Made by a program: the position numbers and the translations under genes. From contig OX597831.1 of NCBI GenBank assembly GCA_951406725.2, positions 28,024,001-28,088,000 on the forward strand: 64,000 bases of DNA, read 5' to 3'. This document shows positions 1 to 11,656 of the stretch, piece after piece (position 1 is the first letter of the stretch; every line of letters begins with the position of its first letter). A model generated the notes under the pieces. It worked only from the letters and a program-made list of their open reading frames with translations, did not search any database and was not told where the DNA came from. Source of the stretch: Octopus vulgaris. Lineage: Eukaryota.

Positions 1-55
1 GAATGGTCATATTGCCAGTTTAGCCAATAAAATCTTGCACAACAAATATTTAAAC

Positions 56-56
<1 letters not shown>

Positions 57-95
<39 letters not shown>

Positions 96-122
96 TATAT
101 AGATAGATAGATATACATATGG

Positions 123-153
<31 letters not shown>

Positions 154-172
154 GTATGGATATATATATATG

Positions 173-256
<84 letters not shown>

Positions 257-323
257 TATATATATATATATAGCTATATATATATATATATATATATACA
301 GATATATATATACATGCATATAG

Positions 324-361
<38 letters not shown>

Positions 362-467
362 ATATATATATATATATGTACATGTATATATATTATATAC
401 ACTTATATATATCCATTGTACCCATATATGCATATATTTATATATTATTTATATTATTATATATATA
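57..467. repeat. (TA)n compound microsatellite
   Basis: Seen directly; similar long tracts at 19355-19610, 19835-19990, 20422-20915, 21557-21795, 44135-44262, 45446-45845. Confidence 0.95.
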
Positions 468-644
468 GGGAGAATTCACAAAAAAAAAACAAAAGACAAA
501 GACAGGAGGTGTTGACAACAAACAGAAGTATTAGTATAACACTCAGGAAGTGAAAAAGTCTTTAATGTTTTGAGCCTACGCTCTTCCACAGAAAGAAACA
601 AGGAGAGAAAATAAAGAATGTATAGTGGCTAGCGATCTATCATG
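468..644 (-). mobile_element. Short dispersed repeat (Penelope pLTR-like) with a decayed hammerhead variant
   Basis: Homologous to 26208-26391; abuts (TA)n; minus strand reads CTTT-CTGTGGA-A-GAGC-GTAG-GCTC-AAAA-CA-TT-AAAG. Confidence 0.6.
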
Positions 645-2351
645 GAAGTTCTGTGTATTGGATGGTAGCTCATCCAACAGATAGATAGATGGATGGATGT
701 ATAGACACACACACACACACACGATCATCTAATTTCATATGTGTTTCATCTCATGAATTACTGAATCCAGGGAGGAAGGGACATAGTCAATAGCCTATTT
801 TTATCGGTTTTTTTCCTGTTGTAGGGAGAGTAAGTTTTACTGGTCTAGTGTAATTGTGATGTGTGTATAACACACACGTGCTCACATACCGGTACATGCA
901 TGCACACTCGCACATGCACATATACATACACACACCTATACACATATACATATACACACACAGGAACGCATTCTGACAGGAACACATCAGGAGTTAAATA
1001 TAGTTAACAACACGAATAGAAATCCAAGAGTTCTGTTAGACTGTAGGGACAACAACAACGCTGACAATGACAGTAATGTGAAGAGAGGCAATATCATAAC
1101 TATTAACATCACCACCACTACAACCGCCACAACCATTATCACCACAGCTACCACCACCAACACACATACACCACCAACAGCAACACCACAATCACAGCCA
1201 CCACTACTAAACCACATACACACTACCACCACTACCACCATCTTTATCACCACCTCCACCACCACTACCATCTCCATCGCCACCATCACCACCACTACTG
1301 CCATCTCATCACCATCTCTGCCACCACCACCACCAACACTACTGTAGCACGAAACTTCAAAACCTCACTTGTTTCTTGTCATCAAAGAAGAGACTGTGTG
1401 TCGATTGAGGGAACATGGGTGGGGGGAAGGTGTAGGGGTAGGTAGGTAGGTAAATGGGTGATTAGAGAAGTGACGGTCGGACATAGATCTAGGTGGACAT
1501 TGATCAGGGTGAACATAGATCGGGGTGGATGGTAGCATGTCTGTAGCATGACTATACATTTGCGTGCGTGTATGTAAGTGTGTGCATGTGTGTTTGTGTA
1601 TGTGTGTGTGTGCGTGTGCATATGTAGAGGCCTTTGTGGATATTGTTTATCCCTGGTCAACACAGACCAATGCCTTAGATCAATGATCAAAGGCATTCCA
1701 GTCATGACCAACCCGTCTCTACACATCGGAGCCATTCTTATGAAGATTAAGCCAAAACAGATTTCCATCCATCTGTCTTCTCTGTCCACTATCCCTGGGG
1801 TCGGAGCATAGGTTAGAATCCTCAGGCACCTCTCCTCTTTTAGTAGACCCATCAGAAACAACTGTCATTCGACTCTCTGGCTGGACACCCGAGTGTGACT
1901 GACAGAGAGACTATGGATAATATCCAACTGCTTCATTCTTGCGTTATCCCTAGGTCCCTTGTTGGATGGCTTGGCTTAAAGTATCTGTCTTGTGATTCCT
2001 TCCTGCAATATTCTAATCACATATTCGTATTATCAGAGCTGTGATATCTCAATATGGAAAAGCAGCGGCTCACTCTGGAGAAACTACTTGAGCTCTGAGC
2101 TACACAACATGTCGAGTAACATTACTCCAGAGACCCTTGAGGGGCTCCTCTCCCCCCATTTAGGCCTCTTGAGAGGACCATTGTCTCAGTCTTTGCAACA
2201 TTCATCAGTATATGTATTCTTTTATTTGTTTCAGTCATTTGACTGTGACCATGCTGGAGCACCGCCTGTATAGGCATAGAAATAAATATATCTGTATATT
2301 TATATATACATGTGTACACGTGCATCCAGGCGCATGCACACACACAAACAC

Positions 2352-2610
2352 ATCACGTGACCACCCAGACCATTCAATGCTGTTACGCATCGCTGGTCAC
2401 AATGCGATTTGCATCCTTTTTGCCTTCGAATGACGCCACTCTCACTGGCTAGCTAAGCAGGCCAACATTCTCCTCTGATCGAAAGCAAGACTGGACCAAA
2501 GCGAATAGAAGTGTTTTGCCCAAGAACACGTGTCAACCAGTCCAGGAATCGAACCCATGATCAAGATGTCATGAGTGCAATATCCTAACCTCAAGGCCAT
2601 GCACCTTCAC
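2352..2610 (-). mobile_element. tRNA-derived SINE, head D + tail X (old copy)
   Basis: Head aligns with 56454-56580; tail aligns with 57761-57881. Confidence 0.7.
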
Positions 2611-2761
2611 ACGCATGCACACACATACATACTTATACATATACAGGGTGAGTCAGAATTCATGACTCATTAATTGGTTATATTTTTTAATATACTTATT
2701 TTATTGTTATTCTATTATTTTATTTCTTAATATGTATACTAGTACATATTAATATATTAAT

Positions 2762-3145
2762 GTGGAGGTGCAATGGCCCAGTGGTTAGGGCAATGGACTC
2801 ACAATCGTAGGATTGCGGTATTGATTCTCAGACCAGGTGTTGTGAGTGTTTATTGAGCAAAAACACCAAAAGCTTCACAAGGCTCCGGCAGCAGGGAGTG
2901 GTGGCAAACCCTGCTATACTCTTTCACCACAACTTTCTCTTACTCTTTCTTTCTGTTTTTGTTGTACCTGTATTTCAAAGAGCCAACCTTATCACACTCT
3001 GTGTCACACTGAATCTCCCCGAGAGCTACATTAAGGGTACATGTCTGTGGAGTGCTCAGCCACTTGCACATTAATTTCATGAGCAGGCTGTTCCATTGAT
3101 CGGATCAATTGGAACCCTCGTTGTTGTAACCAATGGAGTGCCGCG
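2762..3145 (+). mobile_element. tRNA-derived SINE family A, full length
   Basis: Homologous to 33317-33703; TSD AATATATTAAT at 2751-2761 and 3146-3156. Confidence 0.9.
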
Positions 3146-3165
3146 AATATATTAATAAATATAAC

Positions 3166-3380
3166 ACGGCAGCGAACCAGTAGAAACATTAGCACGCCGG
3201 GTGAAATGCTTAGCGGTATTTCGTCTGTCTTTACATTCTGAGTTCGAATTCCGCCAAGGTCAACTTTGCCTTTCATCCCTTTCAGGGTCAATAAATTAAG
3301 TACCAGTTGCGTACTGGGGTTGATCTAATCAACTGGCCCTCTCCCCCAAATTTTCAGACCTTGTGCCAAGAATAGAAAAG
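3166..3380 (+). mobile_element. SINE family M (Meta-domain-like centre)
   Basis: Family core TTTGCCTTTCATCC...GGGTC..TAAATTAAGTACCAG; 18-bp TSD TATATTAATAAATATAAC at 3148-3165 and 3381-3398. Confidence 0.85.
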
Positions 3381-3436
3381 TATATTAATAAATATAACTA
3401 ACAAGTGGGTTATGAATTCTGGTCCACCCTGTATAG

Positions 3437-3472
<36 letters not shown>

Positions 3473-4258
3473 GCCTTTCTCTTTATAAATGTCCTTTATA
3501 AATGTTTTAGAAATTTCACACTGCCTTGGCTTTCTTGTCTCACTTTATTTCACATATACACGCTCATACACGACCTGCGTTAGACTCTTCACTTATACTA
3601 TTATCGAACTGTAAGTCTAATAGCAGTCCTTCCATGGCATTTGCATAGCCTTGCCTGTTTTTGGGGGTCTTCTGGATACCAAAACCTTTCACTTTATATA
3701 CATGGATATGTATGCTGTGTGTGTGTGTGCATAAATCAAAGATGAATAGGGCTAAATCAAACGACATACTAAAGAGAGCTTGGATTTTAAAAAATTACTT
3801 CTGCTACCTGAGAGGGTCAAACAATCACTTGGTGGCAGTTGCAGTCAACTCAAAATGATAAAAGGGAACATAATTTCAAGAAACAAGACTACTCGAGAGA
3901 GAGTTAATTTGTAGGGAGACCTGAAGGCAGTCGTGGGTTTGTGTTTCTGCTTCATCAGCTGTCATCAGCACATCAGATGGGATATCTAGATATACTTAGA
4001 CATACAGAAAAAATATAAAAAAAGCTCATGGCTGCAGTAATTTGCATAAATGTGGCGAAAATAAGCTAAGAAAAATAATTCAATGTTCCACAGTTATGTA
4101 TTTGAAAAACAAAGACAAATAAAGATATATTAATTATGATACAAAACAAATACTTGATTTGTTGAAATTGTGATTGACACTTCCAAGGAAGGGTAGAACA
4201 ATCGCTTAGTGGCAATAGAGACCAATTCCAAAAGAGGAGATAACCCTGGGAGTCAAGA

Positions 4259-4293
<35 letters not shown>

Positions 4294-4353
4294 TGTGTGT
4301 GTGTAGTGCATGTATGTCTATCTATCTGTCTGTTTGTCCCCTCTCTCTTTCTC

Positions 4354-4387
<34 letters not shown>

Positions 4388-4421
4388 GACGCAAAATATG
4401 CGTATCTCGATTCAATTTAGG

Positions 4422-4501
4422 CATCTCACTGATGAAACCAGCCTTAGCAAACATATTCTGTTTTGCTAGAAAGAGGTAGAAACTGATATCAGTCCGAGAT
4501 G
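4422..4501 (+). ncRNA. Type I hammerhead ribozyme motif with long stem II
   Basis: Stem I CATCTC/GAGATG; CTGATGA(4429-35); A-ACC...TAGCAAA/TTTGCTA...GGT-A; GAAA(4479-82); 12-nt palindrome ACTGATATCAGT; GUC ending at 4494. Confidence 0.7.
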
Positions 4502-4994
4502 TAAAGTTATTGGTAAATGTTTTTGATTTTCACTCTCGATAAACCTATCCCCTTTTTGTGTCCCCAACACTTGGCATCCTTATTTAGGAGCCCTTAATTA
4601 TATATATATATATATATCGCTTGCGAGTTATTTCGCTTGTCTACGATTTCCAGGTGTTTTAACACCGGGGTAATTCATGAGAATATATTTCTTATGCCCA
4701 TAATTCCATAATTGCAGCCTGCCCACAAACTGGTAAAACACATGCCTTGTGTATGTGTGTTCGATATTGTTTATAATCCTTGAGCTACTTCTCATTCATA
4801 TTTGAATATATATATATAAATATATATATATGTTTGTGAGGGTCGAGTGTATGGATATAAAGTTATAAAGTTCCAACAAGTCACTACAAGTCAAAAAACA
4901 GACAAACAGTGAAATAAAACCGAGAAACATTTCTAGGACTGTTGATCCGGTGGAATTTATCACACCGGGGTGGTGAGTGGGATGGGTTTTTTGG

Positions 4995-5815
4995 CTACCC
5001 GGGGGTGCGGCAGTGGTAGTGGTGGTGGTGGTGGTGGCGGCGGTGGTGGCGATGATAGTGATGGTGGTGGTGGTGATGGTGGTGATGGAGGTGGTGAGTT
5101 GGGGAGGAGAGGGTCCCACAAGGAAATCTTTTGTAATGCTTAGTTTGTCTTTTATTACAATTGTATTGACAACTTCGACGCCACCACCGCCAATACCTCC
5201 ACTACCACTGATACCATTACCCCTCATATCGTCAATGCCACCAAACACTATTGCCACTATTACTAACAGCAGCACCACCAACACCACCAACCACTACCAA
5301 CAAACAACATTACGAAAATCCACCACCACTGACACCGCAATCACCACCAACAACAACAACCAACTCCACCACCATCGTAAAAATACATCACTATCCCCAA
5401 CAATACTTTTAGCTCCACCATAGCCGTCACCACCACCGCCGCCACCGCCACTACCACCACCACCACCACCACCACCACCATTACCACCATCACCACTGCC
5501 GCCACTACCATTACTACCACCACCACCGCCGCCGCCACTACCACCACCACCATCACCACTGCCGCCACTACCATTACTACCACCACCACCACCGTCGCCG
5601 TCACCGCCGCCACCACTGCACCACTACCATTACCACCATCACCACCGCCGCCACCACCACCATCACCATCACCGCTAACACAACACTACCAACAACAACA
5701 ACAACACAACACAACACATCCACCGCCAGCACCACCACCATCACCACTACCACTACTACGACGACCACCACCACCACCAACAACAACAACACCAACACCA
5801 ACCCCGCCACCAACG
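4995..5815. repeat. (GGT)n followed by a long (ACC)n compound microsatellite
   Basis: Seen directly; similar arrays at 1105-1340, 29700-30230, 63530-63890. Confidence 0.95.
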
Positions 5816-6159
5816 CCTAAATCAACAGAGAAAAAACCTCCACCACCCACCCACCACACTCCTCTACTTCCGAGACCTCAGATTTGGTTTCGAGTTTCTT
5901 TTGAGACTTACTGTTGCTATGGTGACCAACTTATCGAAATGTTAAAAAGATCTTTAGAACACTAAACGACGTGGTTGAAGAGCCTTCACCTATCTGACCC
6001 CAAGCGACGACAAAACGCACGCGCGCGCGCGCGCGCACGCACACACATCGCTGACGTTGCCAATCCAGAACTACATGCTAGGCCCACCACTACCAATATT
6101 GCTGCCACTACTTGAAGAGTGTTAACCAAAGTGATCCCGAACAACAATACACACACACA

Positions 6160-6200
<41 letters not shown>

Positions 6201-6400
6201 ACACACACACACACACGCGCACAAACACACACACACATTCACACGCGCGTGCATACAGACACATACGCACACTGCTATTACCAATCCAGAACAATATTAC
6301 CAGGCCCACCACTACCGACACTGTTACCACTGGTAGTAGGAGCTTCATCTTTCACGCCACTCCAGGCAAAAAGATCATCTCTCTCTCTCTCTCTGTCACC

Positions 6401-6463
<63 letters not shown>

Positions 6464-7103
6464 TGCCATTGCTCTCCAGAACTATAACACCTGAACCACT
6501 GCCGCCACAACAATTTCCAAACGAAACCAATTGTCAGGATTGGACCAACAAACTCCAGGACACAATTAAAGGTAAGATTTATGATATCCTTACAAGTAGT
6601 AGTAGTAGTAGTAGTAAATGTTGTTGTTGTTGTGGTACACGTTGGGGAATGTGCTGTGGTCCAGTAAACATTTTGAACGGTTGATGAGAACAGCAAGACT
6701 GGATCCTGTAGATGGACCTACATCCAGTATACAGTTGTGAGAAGGCCCTCTCGATACTCAGAATGATCCAGGAGCTGAGGTTTCCTTAACTACTCAGAAA
6801 GCCGTTCACCCTTATAAAGAGGTTTTATTTCCGTTCCCTTCTAAACTACTGTGGTTTTTACTTCTTTTTTTTTTCTTCTCATAATATAACCTATGTAATC
6901 TCCCTTCTACACATTCACAGTAACTCGTACAATACCCTCTCATCTGTTGCTTATGTGGTTATAAGGAAATGAGTATAGTTTCGGTTACTATTTATTCTTC
7001 TTATCTCAGGTTTTGTTGTAACTTCTCGAGTCTTGCATGCGTAGTGGGCTTGCTGCCTGCAGCCTACGGTACCAAGTTAGCTGTTCTTTTCAACAATCTA
7101 ATT

Positions 7104-7630
7104 CAGTGGTTCCCAACCTTTTCACTACCACAGACCCCCAGGATATTCTTTTCTACTCTAGACACAAGGCCCGAAATTTTGGAGGAGGGCGGCCAGTCGA
7201 TTAGATCGACCCCAGTACGCAACTGGTACTTAATTTATCGATCCCGGAAGGATGAAAGGCAAAGTCGTCCTCGGCGGAATTTGAACTCAGAACGTAAAGA
7301 CAGACGAAATACCTATTTCTTTACTACCCACAAGGGGATAAACACAGAGAGGACAGACAAACGGATTAAGTCGATTATATCGACCCCAGTGCGTAACTGG
7401 TACTTATTTAATCGACCCCGAAAGGATGAAAGGCAAAGTCGACCTCGGCGGAATTTGAACTCAGAACGTAACGGCAGACGAAATACCGCTAAGCATTTCG
7501 CCCGGCGTGCTAACGTTTCTGCCAGCTCGCCGCCTTACAGACCTCAGGATATTGAAAATTCTGTCAACATACTGATGGACCCCCTTTGTGGACCACCAGA
7601 GGTCTGCGGACCACAGGCTGGGAACCACTG
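7104..7630. mobile_element. hAT (Charlie/MER5-like) MITE containing a dimeric family-M SINE (about 7148-7537, minus strand)
   Basis: TIRs CAGTGGTTCCCAACC / GGCTGGGAACCACTG; nested SINE flanked by CAGGATATT direct repeats; no 8-bp TSD visible. Confidence 0.7.
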
Positions 7631-8250
7631 GGCCGTGTCAAGGAGGCAAACTTTTTGTAACAGTTTTACTGGGCACTCTATTCCGATTTCCTTTATATTC
7701 CTCTTGATGCCTTCTGATACTGTCCCCAAAGAACGAATGATAATTGGCACTATATTTACCTTCTTCATTTTTCATAGCCGGGCTATTTCGTACTTAAGAG
7801 GATTGTATGTGTCTATTTTCCCCTTATTTCTTGACTATTCGTGGGTCATGCAAAATCAACTATATAGCACATGTGATGTACTTTGTCCACCACCATTAGG
7901 TTCGGTCTGTTATGCTCTAGAACCTGATATGTTTGGATTGAGAAATCCCAGTGCATTTTGCAGATCTCCCTCTTGATACCATTCGAGAAAATCCACACAG
8001 ACTGAACTAGGCTGCCCAATTCTGCTCACTTTTTATGAACAACTTCAAGTCGTCCATGAATAGCAAGTGGTTCAGTTTTCCCATATCTCTTCCCAGATCA
8101 TACCCCAACTTTGTCTTCTGTAGTATTTCACTCAAGGGGAGCATTCTCAGCACAAAGATCAGTGGGGATACACTGCCCCTCTTGAAGATTCCTCTCTTGA
8201 TTTTCATTTCTAATACCTGATTCTCTGCCGTCAATTCAGTTTTCCAACAT
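7631..8250 (-). mobile_element. Decayed R4/Dong-clade non-LTR retrotransposon: RT core joined to REL endonuclease
   Basis: Minus-strand translations KIKRGIFKRGSVSPLIFVL...HLLFMDDLKLF (RT) and HWDFSIQTYQVLEHNRPNLMVVDK...VDFA*, VPIIIRSLGTV...LQKVCLLDTA (REL); stops and frameshifts. Confidence 0.85.
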
Positions 8251-8264
8251 TTCTATTATTAGCT

Positions 8265-8705
8265 AGCAGAATCGTTAACACGCTGGATGAAATGCTTAGC
8301 GGTATTTCGCCTGTCGCTACGTTTTGATTTCAAATTCCGTCGGGGTCGACTTTGCCTTTCATCCTTTCGGGGTCGTTAAAATAAGTACCAGTTGAGAACT
8401 GGGGTCGATGTAATCGACTTGCCTCCTTTCCCAAATCGCTGGCAATATGCCAAAATTTGAAATTATTATTAAGGCGATGAGCTGACAGAATCATTAGCAC
8501 ATCAGAATCATTAGCACTTCGGACAAAATGTTTTGTGGCATTTCTTCTGGATCACTCTGTTGTGAGTTCAAGCTTCGTCGAAGTTGACTTTGCCTTTTAT
8601 GCTTTCAGGGTCGATGAAATAAGTACCAATCAAGTACTGGGATCGATGTACTTGAATTTCCCCCTACCTCGAAATTGCTGGCCTTGTGCCAAACTTTGCA
8701 ACCAT
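8265..8705 (+). mobile_element. Two tandem older family-M SINE copies
   Basis: Family core present near 8345-8390 and 8585-8628. Confidence 0.75.
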
Positions 8706-8830
8706 TATTATTATTATGATCATAATCATCATCATCATCATCCTCATCATCATCTTTATTTATATTATAATTATTATTATTAACATGACGAGCTGACAGA
8801 ATCATTAGTGCATCGGTCATAAATTTATAA

Positions 8831-8887
<57 letters not shown>

Positions 8888-8926
8888 CTGACAGACGGAT
8901 TTAGCTAAACCATCCGAGAGATGAAG

Positions 8927-8980
8927 TAGGCACTGCTGACGAGTCTGCAACTAACAGACGAAACCGGTCTAGTGCTCCTA
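8927..8980 (+). ncRNA. Type I hammerhead ribozyme motif with canonical core
   Basis: Stem I GCACTG(8930-35)/TAGTGC(8970-75); CTGACGA(8936-42); stem II GTCTG-caactaa-CAGAC; GAAA(8960-63); palindromic stem III ACCGGT; GUC triplet ending at 8969. Confidence 0.85.
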
Positions 8981-9018
8981 GCATTGCTCGTGGGGCGGTT
9001 ATCCCCCTTGTCAGTGTT

Positions 9019-9098
<80 letters not shown>

Positions 9099-9100
<2 letters not shown>

Positions 9101-9488
9101 CGCAGGAGTGACTGTGTAGCAAGAAGCTTGCTTCCCAACCACATAGTTCCAGGTTCAGTCCCACTGCGAGGCAAGTGTCTTCTACTAGCCTCGGGCCGAT
9201 CAAAGGCTTAGTAGTGGATTTGGTAGATGGAAACTGAAAGAAGCCTGTCCTATATTTAAGTATTTATGTATTTGTGTGTCTGCGTTTTTCCCCACCACCA
9301 CCACTATCGCTTTACAACCGATGTTGGTGTGTTTACGTCCCCGTTACTTAGAGGTTTGGTAATAGAGACCGATAGAATAAGTACTAGGCTTACAAAGAAT
9401 AATGCCTTGGGTAAATTTGTTCGACTGAAGGCGGTGCTCAGGCGTGGCCGCAGTCAAATGACTGAAACAAGTAAAAGAATAAAAAGAA
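9099..9488 (+). mobile_element. tRNA-derived SINE family C (CORE-like GGCAAGTGTCTT block, central microsatellite)
   Basis: Homologous to 47933-48330 and many other copies in the window. Confidence 0.85.
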
Positions 9489-9491
9489 TTA

Positions 9492-9519
9492 TCTATTATA
9501 TAAAATCCGTTCTGTGTGT

Positions 9520-9565
<46 letters not shown>

Positions 9566-9859
9566 GCGTGTGTGTGTTTCTCGGGCATTTTTCATCCGAT
9601 TGCGCTCAAAGTTGATATGTAGATACCGACGGCACCAGGGCGTGTATAAGTCTTGAAAAAATTACAAAAATCGATTCCAGGTGAGAAGGCGATCGATAAA
9701 GCCATGGGAACGTGCATTTGTACGCGCAAGTACATCAGCTGTTGCGATCTGTGTTTCTCAAAGGGGAGACCTATGGGTCGGTCGGACAAGTTGTTTTAAG
9801 AAAATTTGGTTTAAATGTTTGACAACTCAGCACCGTTCATTGGACGGGCGTTTTGCTCG
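9492..9859 (+). mobile_element. Non-autonomous Helitron-like element
   Basis: A|TCTATTATATAAA start, 3' hairpin CCGTTCATTGGACGG, CTCG|T end; partial second copy at 25946-26140. Confidence 0.65.
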
Positions 9860-10892
9860 TATATATATATATATATATATATATATGACGGGCTTCAACA
9901 CGGTTTCCGTCTACCAAATTCACTCACAAAGCATTGGAGAGTCCAGAGTTATAGCAGAAGGCACTTACCCAAGTTGCCGTGCAATGAGACTGAATCTCGC
10001 CGAAAGCACAAGTTCGCAAAACGAGCTTCTTAACCACACAGCCAAACCTGCGCCTATTTAAAATCTGACTTATTCCGAAACATGTATAACTGCATCTCCT
10101 ATTGCTTCAGTTAAAAAAAAAAAAAAAGACGAAAAAAAATAGTCGTGCCACAATTCAACTAAACGTTCACATTTTGGTTCATGTAGACATTTCTAGTTTG
10201 AAGTTTTTATTGTTTAGCATACGACTTACGTTAAAACCTCATTTATTTCCAAAGTGTTTCATGTCGTTTCAAATTAACGATTCACTGCTGCAGAATGTTA
10301 TTAACACAGTTCTGCGAATGTTTCCTTCTATTTTATTAATCATCTCCAGTTTATCGCAGAGTTTTAATGTTGTTCTCCTTTTGTCTCTTCCGTTTAGTAA
10401 CTTTAGACATCAAGGTGAGGTTTACGACGAGGAGCAAAATTTATTCATTTTTAATAAACCACCCGATATTTAGTATGTCGTCTGCACGGCGTTCATTTTA
10501 TCAAATGGCGACACTGCATAGGAGGAAAAAAATCTAGCAAGTTGTCGGTTGCCGACAACAAATTGGCAATTATTTTCTACCATTGGCTCGAAGTAACCAA
10601 TAAAGTGGGAGAGTAATTTTGAAAAGAGAAACTGTTTGGTGCACCACTTGTAGTGTTAGATGGAATATTGCCTTACTGGGCGACTACTTTCAGTAGCATC
10701 GTTAGCCTGGGGTTTTTCACTAATTGCGGATTTTATTTAGTGTGTGCGTGCGCGCGCGCTTAAGTGGGTGAACAAACGAATATTGTACTCAATACATTAG
10801 TTTGGAGTTACATGTATATAATACCAGTTTGACTCAGTTCTCCATTGCTTAAAGTTTCGTGGACGTTAGAATCTCCTTATCAGATGTTCGGA

Positions 10893-10928
<36 letters not shown>

Positions 10929-11225
10929 TATACACACACACAAACATATATATATATGTATATTTCCATTGTATATTTTTTTCCATCAATATTTTATTTT
11001 TTATTTCCGATTATTCCTCTGAGGAACTTCAGTACGAAACATGAAGACTCTTCCCTAACTCTTTTAAACGTTAAACTAACAAAATATTTGCTAAAACTTG
11101 TCTCTCTCTTGTTTTCTTTTTGTGCTCATTGCCTTCTTAACACACACAAATGTATGTATATATGTATTATGTATGTACGTACGTATTATGTATGTTTGTA
11201 TGTATGTATACCCACACATACTTGT

Positions 11226-11258
11226 CTAATGCTGTCTGTTGTATCTTCTTTTCACTAG
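11226..11258 (+). promoter_or_regulatory. Candidate 3' splice acceptor opening the exon that carries the LRR CDS (about 400 nt of 5'UTR)
   Basis: Branch-like CTAAT at 11226, pyrimidine tract TATCTTCTTTTCAC, TAG ending at 11258, followed by unique sequence up to the ATG. Confidence 0.55.
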
Positions 11259-11656
11259 CGTACTCAATTCGGTGTCTCAGTTTTGAGGAAAACATTTTGG
11301 AGATCATTTGAATTTCTGCTGTTGTTGCTGGTGGTATTGCTGCTACTGTTGCTGCTGTTGCTGCTACTACTGAGAAAGACTCTCATATGAGGCGTTTCTC
11401 ATCCTATAATTCTTTCTCTAACTCGGGAATCAAAGAAAAATATCCACATTAAAAAAAAAACTTGTTATTTACGAAAGCCAACATTCTATGGTGTTGATAT
11501 AATCTCTGTGTAACAATTAGATATTCCCCAATGAAGAATTTTTCCAGATTCGTTTAAACGCAAGAATTTCTAAATCCGATGGTGTTACTCCGTTGTAAGA
11601 TTTGGTTTTATTCGAAGACAAGATACAAGCAAGGATCGACCTAGCACCGATCAGAG

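Larger units (their letters stand above)
2644..3431. mobile_element. Tc1/mariner-type MITE (about 160 bp net) with two nested SINEs
   Basis: TA|CAGGGTGAGTCAGAATTCATGAC at left and GTTATGAATTCTGGTCCACCCTG|TA at right are imperfect terminal inverted repeats. Confidence 0.75.

Noticed and set aside
1745-1985. Possible LINE 3' remnant on the minus strand
   Set aside because: Too decayed to assign a diagnostic motif.
6969-7976. 335-aa ORF
   Set aside because: Chance read-through of a hAT MITE, an antisense SINE dimer (hence the repeated STPVRNWYL) and antisense R4 sequence.
11019-11050. CTGAGGA...CGAAACATGAAG hammerhead-like string
   Set aside because: Lacks the U of the cleavage triplet and a convincing stem I; possibly a decayed copy.
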